This document shows positions 17,601 through 26,049 of a stretch of 45,494 nt of DNA, piece by piece. Within the stretch, counting starts at the first letter, position 1. Every line of letters begins with the position of its first letter. The translations under genes were made by a program, and so were the position numbers. This DNA comes from Kiritimatiellia bacterium (GTDB taxonomy: Bacteria > Verrucomicrobiota > Kiritimatiellia > RFP12 > UBA1067), in NCBI GenBank assembly GCA_017411125.1, contig JAFPNP010000097.1, positions 1-45,494 on the forward strand, written 5' to 3'. The notes below the pieces were generated by a model. The model saw nothing but the letters and a program-made list of their open reading frames with translations, did no database searches and was not told the origin of the DNA.

Positions 17601-18620
17601 ATGAAAGTTTCGTTCGTAATACCTGTTCTCAATTCGGAGAAGACGCTCGGGGAATGCCTTGCCGCGATCCGTGCGCAGGACGTTCCGCCTGGCGTCGCTT
17701 GCGAAATAGTGATTGCCGATGCCGGCTCCTCCGACCGTACCCTCGAAATCGCCCGTGCCGCCGGCGTGGACGCGATCGTGCCAAATCCCCTGAAGACGGG
17801 CGAGGCGGGCAAGACCGCCGGCATAAAAGCCGCAAACGGAGACGTGATCGCCCTCGTGGACAGCGACAACATCCTGCCTGACGCGGACTGGCTGCGCCGC
17901 ATGACCGCCCCTTTTGCCGATCCGGAGGTGGTGGCCGCCGAGCCTATCGCGTACACGGTACGCCCGCAGGACCCAGCGCCCACGCGTTACTTCGCCTTGC
18001 TCGGAATGAACGATCCCATCTGCCTTTTCACGCGCAACTACGACCGCGTGTGTGGCGTCACGGGACGCTGGACCGGCCTCGCCGTACACGAGGAAGACTG
18101 CGGCGACTGGCTGAAGCTGCGCCTTCGTCGGGACGCCCTCCCCACCATCGGCGCAAACGGGTTCATGTTCCGGCGCGCTCTGCTGGACGGCACGAACTGG
18201 GATCCGTACCTTTTCGATATCGATATTCTCTACGAACGCATCTGCCGCGACGGAGAGGTGTGCGTCGCGAAGGTCAAGACCGGAATCGTCCATCTGTATT
18301 GTGCCCGTCTTTCCGACTTCGCCCGCAAGCAGCGTCGCCGCATACGCGACTTCCTCTACTTTGCGGAGGCGAAGCAGAGATCGTATCCGTGGAACCGCCA
18401 GCGCAAGGCGGGAATCGTACTTTTCTGTCTTTCGACAGTCACGGTCGTTCCTCTTCTGGCGCAGATGCTGGCGGGCTGGTTCCGCAAACCCGACCGCGCA
18501 TGGCTCTACCATGTGCCGGTGTGCGCCGTCACGCTGTGGATATACGGATGCGGCGCGCTCGCCAAGCTGTTCGGACGCAAGCAGGCCATCGCCGACCGCT
18601 CCGCCTGGCAGAAAACCTGA
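17601..18620 (+). CDS. Glycosyltransferase family 2 with C-terminal transmembrane helices (polyprenol-phosphate GT-like)
   Basis: Trimmed to ATG 17601 (MKVSFVIPVLNSEKTLGECL). IADAGSSDRT and VDSDN (DxD-type) motifs. Hydrophobic C-terminal segments (IVLFCLSTVTVVPLLAQMLAGWF, VPVCAVTLWIYGCGALAKLF). Confidence 0.75.
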   Translation: MKVSFVIPVLNSEKTLGECLAAIRAQDVPPGVACEIVIADAGSSDRTLEIARAAGVDAIVPNPLKTGEAGKTAGIKAANGDVIALVDSDNILPDADWLRRMTAPFADPEVVAAEPIAYTVRPQDPAPTRYFALLGMNDPICLFTRNYDRVCGVTGRWTGLAVHEEDCGDWLKLRLRRDALPTIGANGFMFRRALLDGTNWDPYLFDIDILYERICRDGEVCVAKVKTGIVHLYCARLSDFARKQRRRIRDFLYFAEAKQRSYPWNRQRKAGIVLFCLSTVTVVPLLAQMLAGWFRKPDRAWLYHVPVCAVTLWIYGCGALAKLFGRKQAIADRSAWQKT

Positions 18621-18630
18621 CCGTTGGTAC

Positions 18631-18652
18631 GGCGCGTTGTCCCCAACGCGCC
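18631..18652. terminator. GC-rich hairpin between convergent genes (bidirectional terminator candidate; member of a repeated hairpin family)
   Basis: GGCGCGTT gtcccc AACGCGCC: a perfect 8-bp stem with a 6-nt loop, in the 42-nt gap between stop 18620 (+) and stop 18663 (-). No clear U-tract. Confidence 0.5.
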
Positions 18653-18662
18653 GATTATCATG

Positions 18663-20042
18663 TTAAATTAAAGCTGCGAACTCTTCCCATCCTTTGCGGA
18701 CGGGCGGGCCGTCGAGAAGCCGGTTGGCGTCGTCGCTGCCTTTGAAACGCATTTTCGCGGCATCGAATTCGAGCACGGGCGCGGCGAGCCGCTGCGCGAG
18801 AGCGCCGAGGGCGAGCACCTGCGAAAGAGGCCCGGCGACGGAGAAGTCGCTGTTTGCCTTTTCCTCGCCTTTCACTGCCTTGATGAAGTTGAGGTAGTGT
18901 CCGCTGCTGCCGCGCGGGAAATCCCGCATCTGCTTCTTGACGGCGGGATCGCGCGGATCCGCGCCCGATACGATCTGCAGCGGAGCGCCGTGGCTGGTGC
19001 GGGCGAACACCCGCCCGTCGGCAAGGTGCAGCTCCGCGCCGACGTCCCTGCGGCGCCAGCGCTTGTCCGTCAGTTTTTCGGGCATGGCGGGGAAGTTGCC
19101 CGCGCCGTCGTGCCACTCGAGCGTGCATTCGGGAAGTCCCGGTCCGCGGGCGGGGAACACGTAGCGTATCGTGGACGCCATCGGGAACACGACAGGCGTG
19201 CGCCGGTCGTTCTTCACTGTTTCGATCCGGCATGGAAGGCCGAGCTTCAGGAACTCGTGCGCCGCGTCGAAGAGGTGCGCGCCCCAGTCGCCGAGCGCAC
19301 CGGTGCCGTATTCGTAGAAGCAGCGCCAGTCGCCGTTGATGAAATTGTGGTTGAACGGGCGGAACGGGCGCTGCGAAAGCCATACGTTCCAGTCCATCTC
19401 TGCCGGCTCCGCCTCTTCGCCCGGCATCTCCTTGAGCGCGCCTTTCCACTTGAACCAGCGGCGGTTGTTCGCGCACATGAAGGCGTCGATTTTCGTCACG
19501 TCCTTTATTGTGCCGTTCTCGACGAGCGTCTTCATCTGCCAGTAGTTGGCGTCGGAGTGCCCCTGGTTGCCCATCTGCGTGACGACCTTGTACTTCTTCG
19601 CGGCGGCGGCCATGAGGGAAATTTCGCGGAAGCAGTTGCCCATCGGCTTTTCGCAGAACACGGCCTTGCCAAGCGACATCGCCAGCATCGCGGCGGGGAA
19701 GTGCGAGAAGTCGGGCGTCGCGATGCACACGGCGTCGATTTCGGAGGCGTGCTCGTCGAACATCTTGCGGAAGTCCTGGTAGCGCGGCACGTCTGGATGC
19801 TCCTTCAGCACGTTCTGCGTGTGGGCGGCCCCCATCTGCGTGTCGCAGAAGGCAACGACGTTCACGATGTCCTTGTAGTAGGCGAACATGGAGAAGTCGG
19901 AGGCGCCGCGGTTGCCGATGCCTACGAACGCCATGTTCACTTTGCCGTTCGGAGAGGCCGCCGACGAGCGCAGGTTCGGGAACGCACACGCCGCAGCGGA
20001 CGCCGCGGCGGCGCGGAGAAAATCGCGTCGCTGAATGTTCAT
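18663..20042 (-). CDS. Gfo/Idh/MocA-family NAD(P)-dependent oxidoreductase with a Tat signal
   Basis: MNIQRRDFLRAAAASAAACAFP (Tat motif), then the Rossmann start VNMAFVGIGNRG and the typical GFO_IDH_MocA core (VAFCDT..., CEKPM). Confidence 0.85.
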   Translation of the reverse strand: MNIQRRDFLRAAAASAAACAFPNLRSSAASPNGKVNMAFVGIGNRGASDFSMFAYYKDIVNVVAFCDTQMGAAHTQNVLKEHPDVPRYQDFRKMFDEHASEIDAVCIATPDFSHFPAAMLAMSLGKAVFCEKPMGNCFREISLMAAAAKKYKVVTQMGNQGHSDANYWQMKTLVENGTIKDVTKIDAFMCANNRRWFKWKGALKEMPGEEAEPAEMDWNVWLSQRPFRPFNHNFINGDWRCFYEYGTGALGDWGAHLFDAAHEFLKLGLPCRIETVKNDRRTPVVFPMASTIRYVFPARGPGLPECTLEWHDGAGNFPAMPEKLTDKRWRRRDVGAELHLADGRVFARTSHGAPLQIVSGADPRDPAVKKQMRDFPRGSSGHYLNFIKAVKGEEKANSDFSVAGPLSQVLALGALAQRLAAPVLEFDAAKMRFKGSDDANRLLDGPPVRKGWEEFAALI

Positions 20043-20062
20043 GGCGAATAGTATACCAAAAC

Positions 20063-20084
20063 GGCGCGTTTAGGACAACGCGCC
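20063..20084. repeat. Second copy of the GGCGCGTT-N6-AACGCGCC hairpin (possible terminator or attenuator after the LRR gene)
   Basis: GGCGCGTT taggac AACGCGCC in the 66-nt gap between the LRR stop (20109) and the Gfo start (20042). Same stem as 18631-18652, with the loop in the opposite orientation (GGGGAC vs TAGGAC). Confidence 0.5.
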
Positions 20085-20108
20085 GCCCAAATCACGCTTG
20101 CTTATCGC

Positions 20109-22601
20109 TCATCGCGCGCGGTCGCTCACTACCACCTTGAAAAACGCCGCGCCGCCGGCAGGCTTGACGACAGGAACCGTCACGCCATCTGCGCCCGCCC
20201 GCGAAAGCGGCACATTCTCCGCCGCTTTCTCAAGCCCGGCAACGTCGCCGGCGACGGCGACGCCGTAATACAATCCCTGCTTTGCACCACTCAGCTTTAC
20301 GGACACGTTAGCTCCTTCTGCCGCAGAATCGATCGCCGCCATGTTCGCACCGGCGACGACCTCCGCCGCCGTCTCATCCGGCTTTACGGCATCTTCGTCA
20401 AGCACGACGGCAAGCGACACGCCGCTGGCAATACTTTCCGTCTTCACCTTGAAGAATGATGTGGACTGCCCCTCTTCATGCGGCTTGATGGTTATCTTCT
20501 TCGCCAGTGTGGCGGCATCCAGGCTTTCGCCATTTACCATCAACGTCACGCCAGACGCTACCCCTACACCATCCAAAAGATCGTCAGCATTCAACTCCAC
20601 GGCGCCCTCGCCCGCCTCATTCGCCAAATCTATTTCTGTCTCCGGCGTTAGATAACAAATGTTTAAACCATTCCACGTCCCCGGAATCTCAACGCCCCAT
20701 CCCGTCGAACCCTTGCGCACATATGCGGTGCATTCGCTTTTTACGTCTGAAAACGAGAATCTATGAGCCATCGGCGCATTACCTTCAAACACAATACATG
20801 CAAGCCTGCTACAATGGATAAATGCAAAAGCCTTAATGTTCGTCACGGAATTCGGAATCGTTACGCTCGTAAGACTATTGCAATTATTGAACGACCAATC
20901 AATTTCCGTCATGGAATCGGGGATTACCAACCTTGTAAGCCCGTTACAACCGGAAAACGCCCAAAGCCCGATATTCGTCACAGAATTCGGAATCGTCACG
21001 CTCGTAAGGCTGCTGCAACCAAAGAATGCCGAATCCCCAATATTCGTTACCGAATCCGGTATCGTCACGTTCGTAAGACCGCCCGGAACCGCAACCAATG
21101 TTTGCCCATCATGGGACATTAATAAGCCTTTCATTGTCTTATAGACATTGTTTCCAGAAGTGACGTCAATGGATAACAAGCTTATACATCCGGCAAATGC
21201 TCCATCGGCGATGTTAATTACATTGTCCAGAATCGTAATGCCCGTAAGGCCGCTGCAACCATTGAACGCGCCTCCCCCGATGCTCGTCACGGAATCCGGA
21301 ATCGTCACGTTGCCATTCACTCCTTGTATAAGTGTTTTACCATCCTTGGACAACAAAAGTCCATTGATTGACGAATAATAGCCGTTATCGGCGCTCACGT
21401 CAATCTCCGTTAGCCCATCGCAATACGCAAACGCATTATCCCCGATACTTGTCACGCCATTACCGATCGTCACACTTTTAAGCCTATCGCAATCCATGAA
21501 CGCACAATCCCCGATACTAATCACTGAATCAGGAATTGTCACGTTAGTAAGATTGATACACTCGCGAAACGCAGACTCTTCAATGCTCGTCACAGAGTCG
21601 GGAATCGTCACGTTCGTAAGCCCGCTGCAACCATAGAACACGAAATTCGTGATTGCTGTCACAGAACCAGATATGACTACGTTGGTAATGGATTGGTATG
21701 CCGATGGGAAGGCAAACGCAAGCGACATATCGCACACATATTGTGGAATCACCACGCTCTTTAGGTTGCAGCAACCAATGAACGCATCTCTGTCCATGAA
21801 TTCAAGAGTTGATGGGAGCGTTACTGACACTAGGTTCGTACAATCCATAAAAGCGCCTTCCTCGATATGAGAAACACCTTCAGGAATCACGACAGATGTC
21901 AAAACGGAATTACTGGCATAACTATACGGGCCTAGGTATTTTATAAAAGGATATCTAAGATCACCTTGAAGTAATTGATTTGGATATCCCCATTTTTCTG
22001 CACTCCACACGCATGTACCTAGGAGATCAATAATCATATCCGAACTGTTTAAGTAGCCATAATCTACATCTAATGGGGTCGTAGCTGGAACTGCCGAACT
22101 GTGCGCATACAACACGCCCACTGTATTTGTTGTTATGGTCAAATTACGAATATTTTCATATGGACAAGCATAGGCGGTCTTGAAAAACGGACCAGAAGCA
22201 TGAGTCGAATCCTCTTCTTGTTTCCATGAAAGGATGCGAATTGCACCTACCGAATAATCACAATAGCGTGTTACCAAACTCAAATCGCTTTCGTACGTAA
22301 ATTTATAAACACCTCTTTTTATATTATCACCGACATATTCATATTTCCACATTGCCGGCTTAAGAGTAAATTCAGGCCCGTTATACCTTGTAAGCACCGT
22401 ACCGCCCATCGTATGACATGATACAATTAACGACATTACATAAATTAGACAATAACATGTTTTGCGAATTGGAATTAGACAAAAGTTTTTCACGCGAGAT
22501 AATGAAATTCGTCTAGCCTGAGATAAAACAAATTTCCCTCTTTGAAACCGCATGTGCAGGTTCTCCATATACGGCTTCCCGTTTTGTACATTCCTTTTCA
22601 C
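20109..22601 (-). CDS. BspA-type leucine-rich-repeat (LRR_5) surface protein, possible lipoprotein
   Basis: About 12 repeats of the pattern NVTIPDSVTSIG(D/G)xAFxxCxxLTxV. The track start 22601 is GTG, preceded by AAGGAG. An internal GTG at 22493 would give MKNFCLIPIRKTCYCLIYVMSLIVSC with a lipobox-like IVSC. The C-terminal ~180 aa are Ala/Val/Gly-rich and non-LRR, with two ...FFKV... strand motifs. Confidence 0.75.
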   Translation of the reverse strand: MKRNVQNGKPYMENLHMRFQRGKFVLSQARRISLSRVKNFCLIPIRKTCYCLIYVMSLIVSCHTMGGTVLTRYNGPEFTLKPAMWKYEYVGDNIKRGVYKFTYESDLSLVTRYCDYSVGAIRILSWKQEEDSTHASGPFFKTAYACPYENIRNLTITTNTVGVLYAHSSAVPATTPLDVDYGYLNSSDMIIDLLGTCVWSAEKWGYPNQLLQGDLRYPFIKYLGPYSYASNSVLTSVVIPEGVSHIEEGAFMDCTNLVSVTLPSTLEFMDRDAFIGCCNLKSVVIPQYVCDMSLAFAFPSAYQSITNVVISGSVTAITNFVFYGCSGLTNVTIPDSVTSIEESAFRECINLTNVTIPDSVISIGDCAFMDCDRLKSVTIGNGVTSIGDNAFAYCDGLTEIDVSADNGYYSSINGLLLSKDGKTLIQGVNGNVTIPDSVTSIGGGAFNGCSGLTGITILDNVINIADGAFAGCISLLSIDVTSGNNVYKTMKGLLMSHDGQTLVAVPGGLTNVTIPDSVTNIGDSAFFGCSSLTSVTIPNSVTNIGLWAFSGCNGLTRLVIPDSMTEIDWSFNNCNSLTSVTIPNSVTNIKAFAFIHCSRLACIVFEGNAPMAHRFSFSDVKSECTAYVRKGSTGWGVEIPGTWNGLNICYLTPETEIDLANEAGEGAVELNADDLLDGVGVASGVTLMVNGESLDAATLAKKITIKPHEEGQSTSFFKVKTESIASGVSLAVVLDEDAVKPDETAAEVVAGANMAAIDSAAEGANVSVKLSGAKQGLYYGVAVAGDVAGLEKAAENVPLSRAGADGVTVPVVKPAGGAAFFKVVVSDRAR

Positions 22602-23267
22602 TATTTCTTCTCTCCTTCCACGCCGGTTGCTTTACCAAGGCCCGACATCCTCGGCGCGGAAAAAGAGAGTGGCGTGCCTTACATTCTCACGTCTCGTGTA
22701 AGGCATCGCCAAACGCCCTCGAAAAAACATGATGAGAAGATACGCCACGTGGGACTTGCCCACGCAGCGCAACCCTCGTATCGCGCTTTTTCTTTAACTT
22801 TGGCGAAGTTTTACACGAAGCATACGATACGCTGTTGCGTACGTGCCGAGAACCTTTCGGGCTTCCCGGCTCCCCGGCTTTGGCTGCGGTGTGTTGGGGA
22901 CAACGCGCCCTACCATGTACCGAGGTTCTGGCCTTTGCCTTGGAAGGTGGCCGCGACGGAGCGCGGCCCTCCCTTGGCTTTGGCCCGTTGGCAGGTACTT
23001 TGTGCCGCTCTCTGCTGCGCAACCGCGTCGCGAAGAGCCGTACCCGCCGATATCAAGGATCTGTCGCCCCTCCTTTCGGATGGAACAAAAACAGTCTACC
23101 ACAACTTGTCGCCATAATGCAAGCGGAAATCGCGGGGAAACGCAATTTCTGCCTAGATAACGCCCGTGGCTCGAAAATCATGAACGAGCTGGCAGCGCGT
23201 TCTACCGGTAGGGACGAGCTTTGCCACGTTTGGGGACAGCGGAACATACCTTAAGGGATATAATCAC

Positions 23268-23355
23268 AAATACCCCACTTTATGCACACAAACACCCCAC
23301 CTTGTGTACATAAATACCCCACTTTGTGTACATAAATACCCCACTTTGTGCATAT
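23268..23355. repeat. Four tandem direct repeats of 22 bp (iteron-like), followed by the palindrome CCCTATAGGG
   Basis: Units: aaataccccactttatgcacac / aaacaccccaccttgtgtacat / aaataccccactttgtgtacat / aaataccccactttgtgcatat, contiguous with no spacers. CCCTATAGGG follows at 23358-23367. Confidence 0.85.
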
Positions 23356-23455
23356 ATCCCTATAGGGGAAGCGCGGTATCCCTTTGGCGCTACGGTATTT
23401 TCTATTTGTTGCTGTAGACGGTAGTTATAGTTGGAATGTGCCAAGGCGCCAATGT

Positions 23456-23803
23456 TCACGTGCGTGTTATGCGCACTTCCGCGCTGCCGAGGCCGGGAAC
23501 GCTGCCGAACTTGCGCACGCCCACGGTAGCGCTTTCGACGCGGGGGTCTGAAAGGCACACGTCGGCCACGACGCCGGCGGCGCGTTCAAGCAGACGGCAT
23601 TGCGCCTCCTCCAGCGCTTCCCGGATGTTCCCGACGAGAAGAGCGTAGTCCACCGTATCGTCAAGACGGTCGGAAGCCACGGCGTCCTCAAGATCGATGT
23701 CGAGCGAAACGTCGACGAGTATCTTCTGCTCGTTCTCTCGCTCTTCCGGCAAGTCGCCGATGATGCATTCGACTTCTATCCCGTTCAACTTTATCTGGTC
23801 CAT
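23456..23803 (-). CDS. folB: 7,8-dihydroneopterin aldolase
   Basis: Trimmed to ATG 23803. The 115-aa product MDQIKLNGIEVECIIGDLPEERENEQKILVDVSL...DDTVDYALL has the FolB length and pattern (G.H..E....Q.. / D.l..tvdY). Confidence 0.75.
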   Translation of the reverse strand: MDQIKLNGIEVECIIGDLPEERENEQKILVDVSLDIDLEDAVASDRLDDTVDYALLVGNIREALEEAQCRLLERAAGVVADVCLSDPRVESATVGVRKFGSVPGLGSAEVRITRT

Positions 23804-23820
23804 GGAGGCAATTCCCTTTT

Positions 23821-25518
23821 TCAGTCTGCCGTCGGCGTCTTGCCGCCGGCCAGCGTTTCGGCAATGTTGAGATAGCATGCGCGGACGCGCTGGCAGGCGT
23901 TCAGAATATCCAGTTCGCCAAGCACCCGCAGCGGCGAATCGGGGTCGTCCCGTCCGACGCGGTCGAGCTGTGCGCCTCGGCTTTTCCGTATAAAGTCGTG
24001 TATTCCGGCCGATTCCGCCTGCACGGCCTCGAGGTCTATCGCCGGGCGCGGCGAGCGCACCCACGGCGACACCTTCTGCGCGAACGCCTGCACGCGGTCG
24101 TGGACGGAAAGAACCAGCGCGACGGAGACGTCCGAAATGCGCTGCTTGTTGCTGCGAAGACGCTTCACGATCTTCAATATGGTCGCAGCCTCGTCGGAGA
24201 CGCTTTCGAGCTCGTCCGTCAAGCGCAGCAGCCTTTGAGCGCGGGCGGAAACGTCCGCGCCTATCCGCTTCGACATGATGGCGGCGAGAAAGTCGGTGAT
24301 TTCGCGCTGGACGTTGTCGAGTATCGCTTCGCGGTGGACTATGTGGCGTTCGTTGCTTTCGTCCGGCGCATCCTGCCCGGCCAGCACGCGCCGCACGCTG
24401 GCGAGCAGGTCGAGGTCGCTGTCGCGCATGAACTGCACTTCGACCAGAGCCTGGTCGCAGGCGATCACGGGCGAGACCTTCGTTCCCGTCTTCAGTGTCG
24501 AAAGATGCGGCTTTTCCTCTCCCTTCCCAGGAATCAGCCGCACGAGAAGGCGCTCGAACGGGCGCACGAACGGAAAGGCCAGAATGCCGCGCATGATGGA
24601 AAATACCGTGTCGGCCAAGGCGATCGACGCCATGATCCCCCACGCTGCGGCGCCGTCTGCACATTGATGCGGAAAGATCGCCTTCCCCATCGGCGCGAAT
24701 ACAGGCAGCACCAAGGGAAGAAACGCCAGCGACCCGATAACGTTGAGAAGGGTGTGGGCGAGCGCCGTCCGCCGGGCCTGCGAGTTGCCGTCGGTCGCGG
24801 CGATCCACGCCGTGACGGTCGTGCCGATGTTCGCCCCGAAAAGCGAAGCGACGGCGGCTTCGTAGGAAATCATGCCCTGCGAGGCCAGAATCATGGCCAG
24901 AGCTACCGTGGCGGCGGAATGGATCGCGGCAGAAACCGCCGCCGCGCACAGCGCGATTCCGGCGACGCCGGCGATGTTCGAGGCGCACGCCGCTTCCGAA
25001 AGCCATGCGGCGAACGCGCAACCCTTTGCCGCGCCTACGCCCGACGCCATGAAATGCAGCCCCAGCATCACAAGGCCGAATCCCAGCACCGCGAGACCGC
25101 AGTTGCGGAGCGCTTCGCGGCGCATGAAGAAGAAGAGCGTCCCGCCTGCCGCCAGACAGCACAGCCCCGCCATGCCGGGCGACGGGGCGAACGCCACGAT
25201 CCAGACAGTGCCGGTGGTGCCTATGTTCGCGCCGATTATCACGCACAGCGCCTGGGCGAGCGTCATGATGCCCGAACTCACATATCCTACGAGCATGGCG
25301 GTTATTATCGCCGACGACTGGACTATGAGCGTCGCGGCGGCGCCCGCGCCGACGCTGGCGCCGCTGCCTTTCGCGGCAAAAGACATTATCCGCCGCAGCC
25401 ATCCTCCTCCGACGGACTGCAATCCCTCGGAAATATGTTTCATGCCCAGCAGAAAGATGCCAAGCCCCCCCGTGACGGTCACGAGGACGTTGAGGCAAAG
25501 CAGGACGTTTTCTTTCAT
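23821..25518 (-). CDS. Na+/phosphate cotransporter family protein (NptA/YjbB-like) with a PhoU-like C-terminal domain
   Basis: GGLGIFLLGMKHISEGLQ and the repeated ...GANIGTT... motifs of Na_Pi_cotrans. The helical C-terminal ~200 aa resemble PhoU repeats. Confidence 0.85.
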   Translation of the reverse strand: MKENVLLCLNVLVTVTGGLGIFLLGMKHISEGLQSVGGGWLRRIMSFAAKGSGASVGAGAAATLIVQSSAIITAMLVGYVSSGIMTLAQALCVIIGANIGTTGTVWIVAFAPSPGMAGLCCLAAGGTLFFFMRREALRNCGLAVLGFGLVMLGLHFMASGVGAAKGCAFAAWLSEAACASNIAGVAGIALCAAAVSAAIHSAATVALAMILASQGMISYEAAVASLFGANIGTTVTAWIAATDGNSQARRTALAHTLLNVIGSLAFLPLVLPVFAPMGKAIFPHQCADGAAAWGIMASIALADTVFSIMRGILAFPFVRPFERLLVRLIPGKGEEKPHLSTLKTGTKVSPVIACDQALVEVQFMRDSDLDLLASVRRVLAGQDAPDESNERHIVHREAILDNVQREITDFLAAIMSKRIGADVSARAQRLLRLTDELESVSDEAATILKIVKRLRSNKQRISDVSVALVLSVHDRVQAFAQKVSPWVRSPRPAIDLEAVQAESAGIHDFIRKSRGAQLDRVGRDDPDSPLRVLGELDILNACQRVRACYLNIAETLAGGKTPTAD

Positions 25519-25533
25519 CCGGGCAGCTTGGGC

Positions 25534-26046
25534 TTATTTCATCATGCCGTTCATCGTGCCCAGCACGCAGGTGACTTCGGCCTCTGCCGCCAATTCGTCC
25601 GCCACATAGCCCTTGAGTCCGAACACTCCAAGCCCAGAGCCGTTCCCGGAACGGATTTTAAGGTTCTGGGCGACGGTGTACATCGTGTCGCCGGGCCGCA
25701 CCTGGCGGCGAAAGCGAACACTGTCGATTTTCGCGAGCAGGAAACTTGCGTCTTCGCTGGCATCGCCCATGAAGTGGCGCGCGACGATTCCCGCGCCGGC
25801 GGTCTGCGCCATCGTCTCCACGAGAATCACGCCAGGCACCACGGGGTATCCGGGGAAATGCCCTTCGAAGAAGAAGTTGACGGCCTTGCCGGGAATCGCA
25901 GTGGCGGTGTCGGTGAACGTGTAGCGTCCGAGGGCGCCTGTTTCGTCGGCCGCAATCAATTCGTCCACGAACAGGAACGGATCGCGGTGGGGAAGCAGCT
26001 CTATGCCGGGACGGTGGAATTCGTTTTTGAACTTGGGGAAATCCAT
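25534..26046 (-). CDS. FabZ/FabA-like 3-hydroxyacyl-ACP dehydratase (hot-dog fold)
   Basis: LLPHRDPFLFVDELI and FFEGHFPGYPVVPGVILVETMAQTAG match the FabZ active-site region. 3-nt gap after fabF. Confidence 0.7.
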   Translation of the reverse strand: MDFPKFKNEFHRPGIELLPHRDPFLFVDELIAADETGALGRYTFTDTATAIPGKAVNFFFEGHFPGYPVVPGVILVETMAQTAGAGIVARHFMGDASEDASFLLAKIDSVRFRRQVRPGDTMYTVAQNLKIRSGNGSGLGVFGLKGYVADELAAEAEVTCVLGTMNGMMK

Positions 26047-26049
26047 CGC

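Noticed and set aside
22542-23254. ORFs of 102-191 aa in the large non-coding region (22542..23117+, 22687..23022-, 22794..23102-, 22835..23254+, 22843..23160+).
   Set aside because: They mutually overlap in several frames, have Arg/Pro/Cys/Trp-rich compositions and no recognisable motifs or ribosome-binding sites.
23268-23355. A CRISPR array, for this array and for 38599..38686.
   Set aside because: The units are directly contiguous with no spacers, there are only four copies, and there are no cas genes in the window.
23268-23367. A chromosomal replication origin. The reverse complement of the unit contains TTATGTACA, which matches the DnaA box TTATCCACA at 7 of 9 positions.
   Set aside because: The match is weak, no dnaA, dnaN or other oriC-linked genes are nearby, and there is no AT-rich unwinding element that I can define. 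It is kept only as something a whole-replicon GC-skew plot could exclude.
20109-23455. A mobile element (IS or transposon) responsible for the AT-rich segment.
   Set aside because: No transposase-like ORF and no terminal inverted repeats could be identified. Only the compositional anomaly and the hairpin or tandem repeats are reported.
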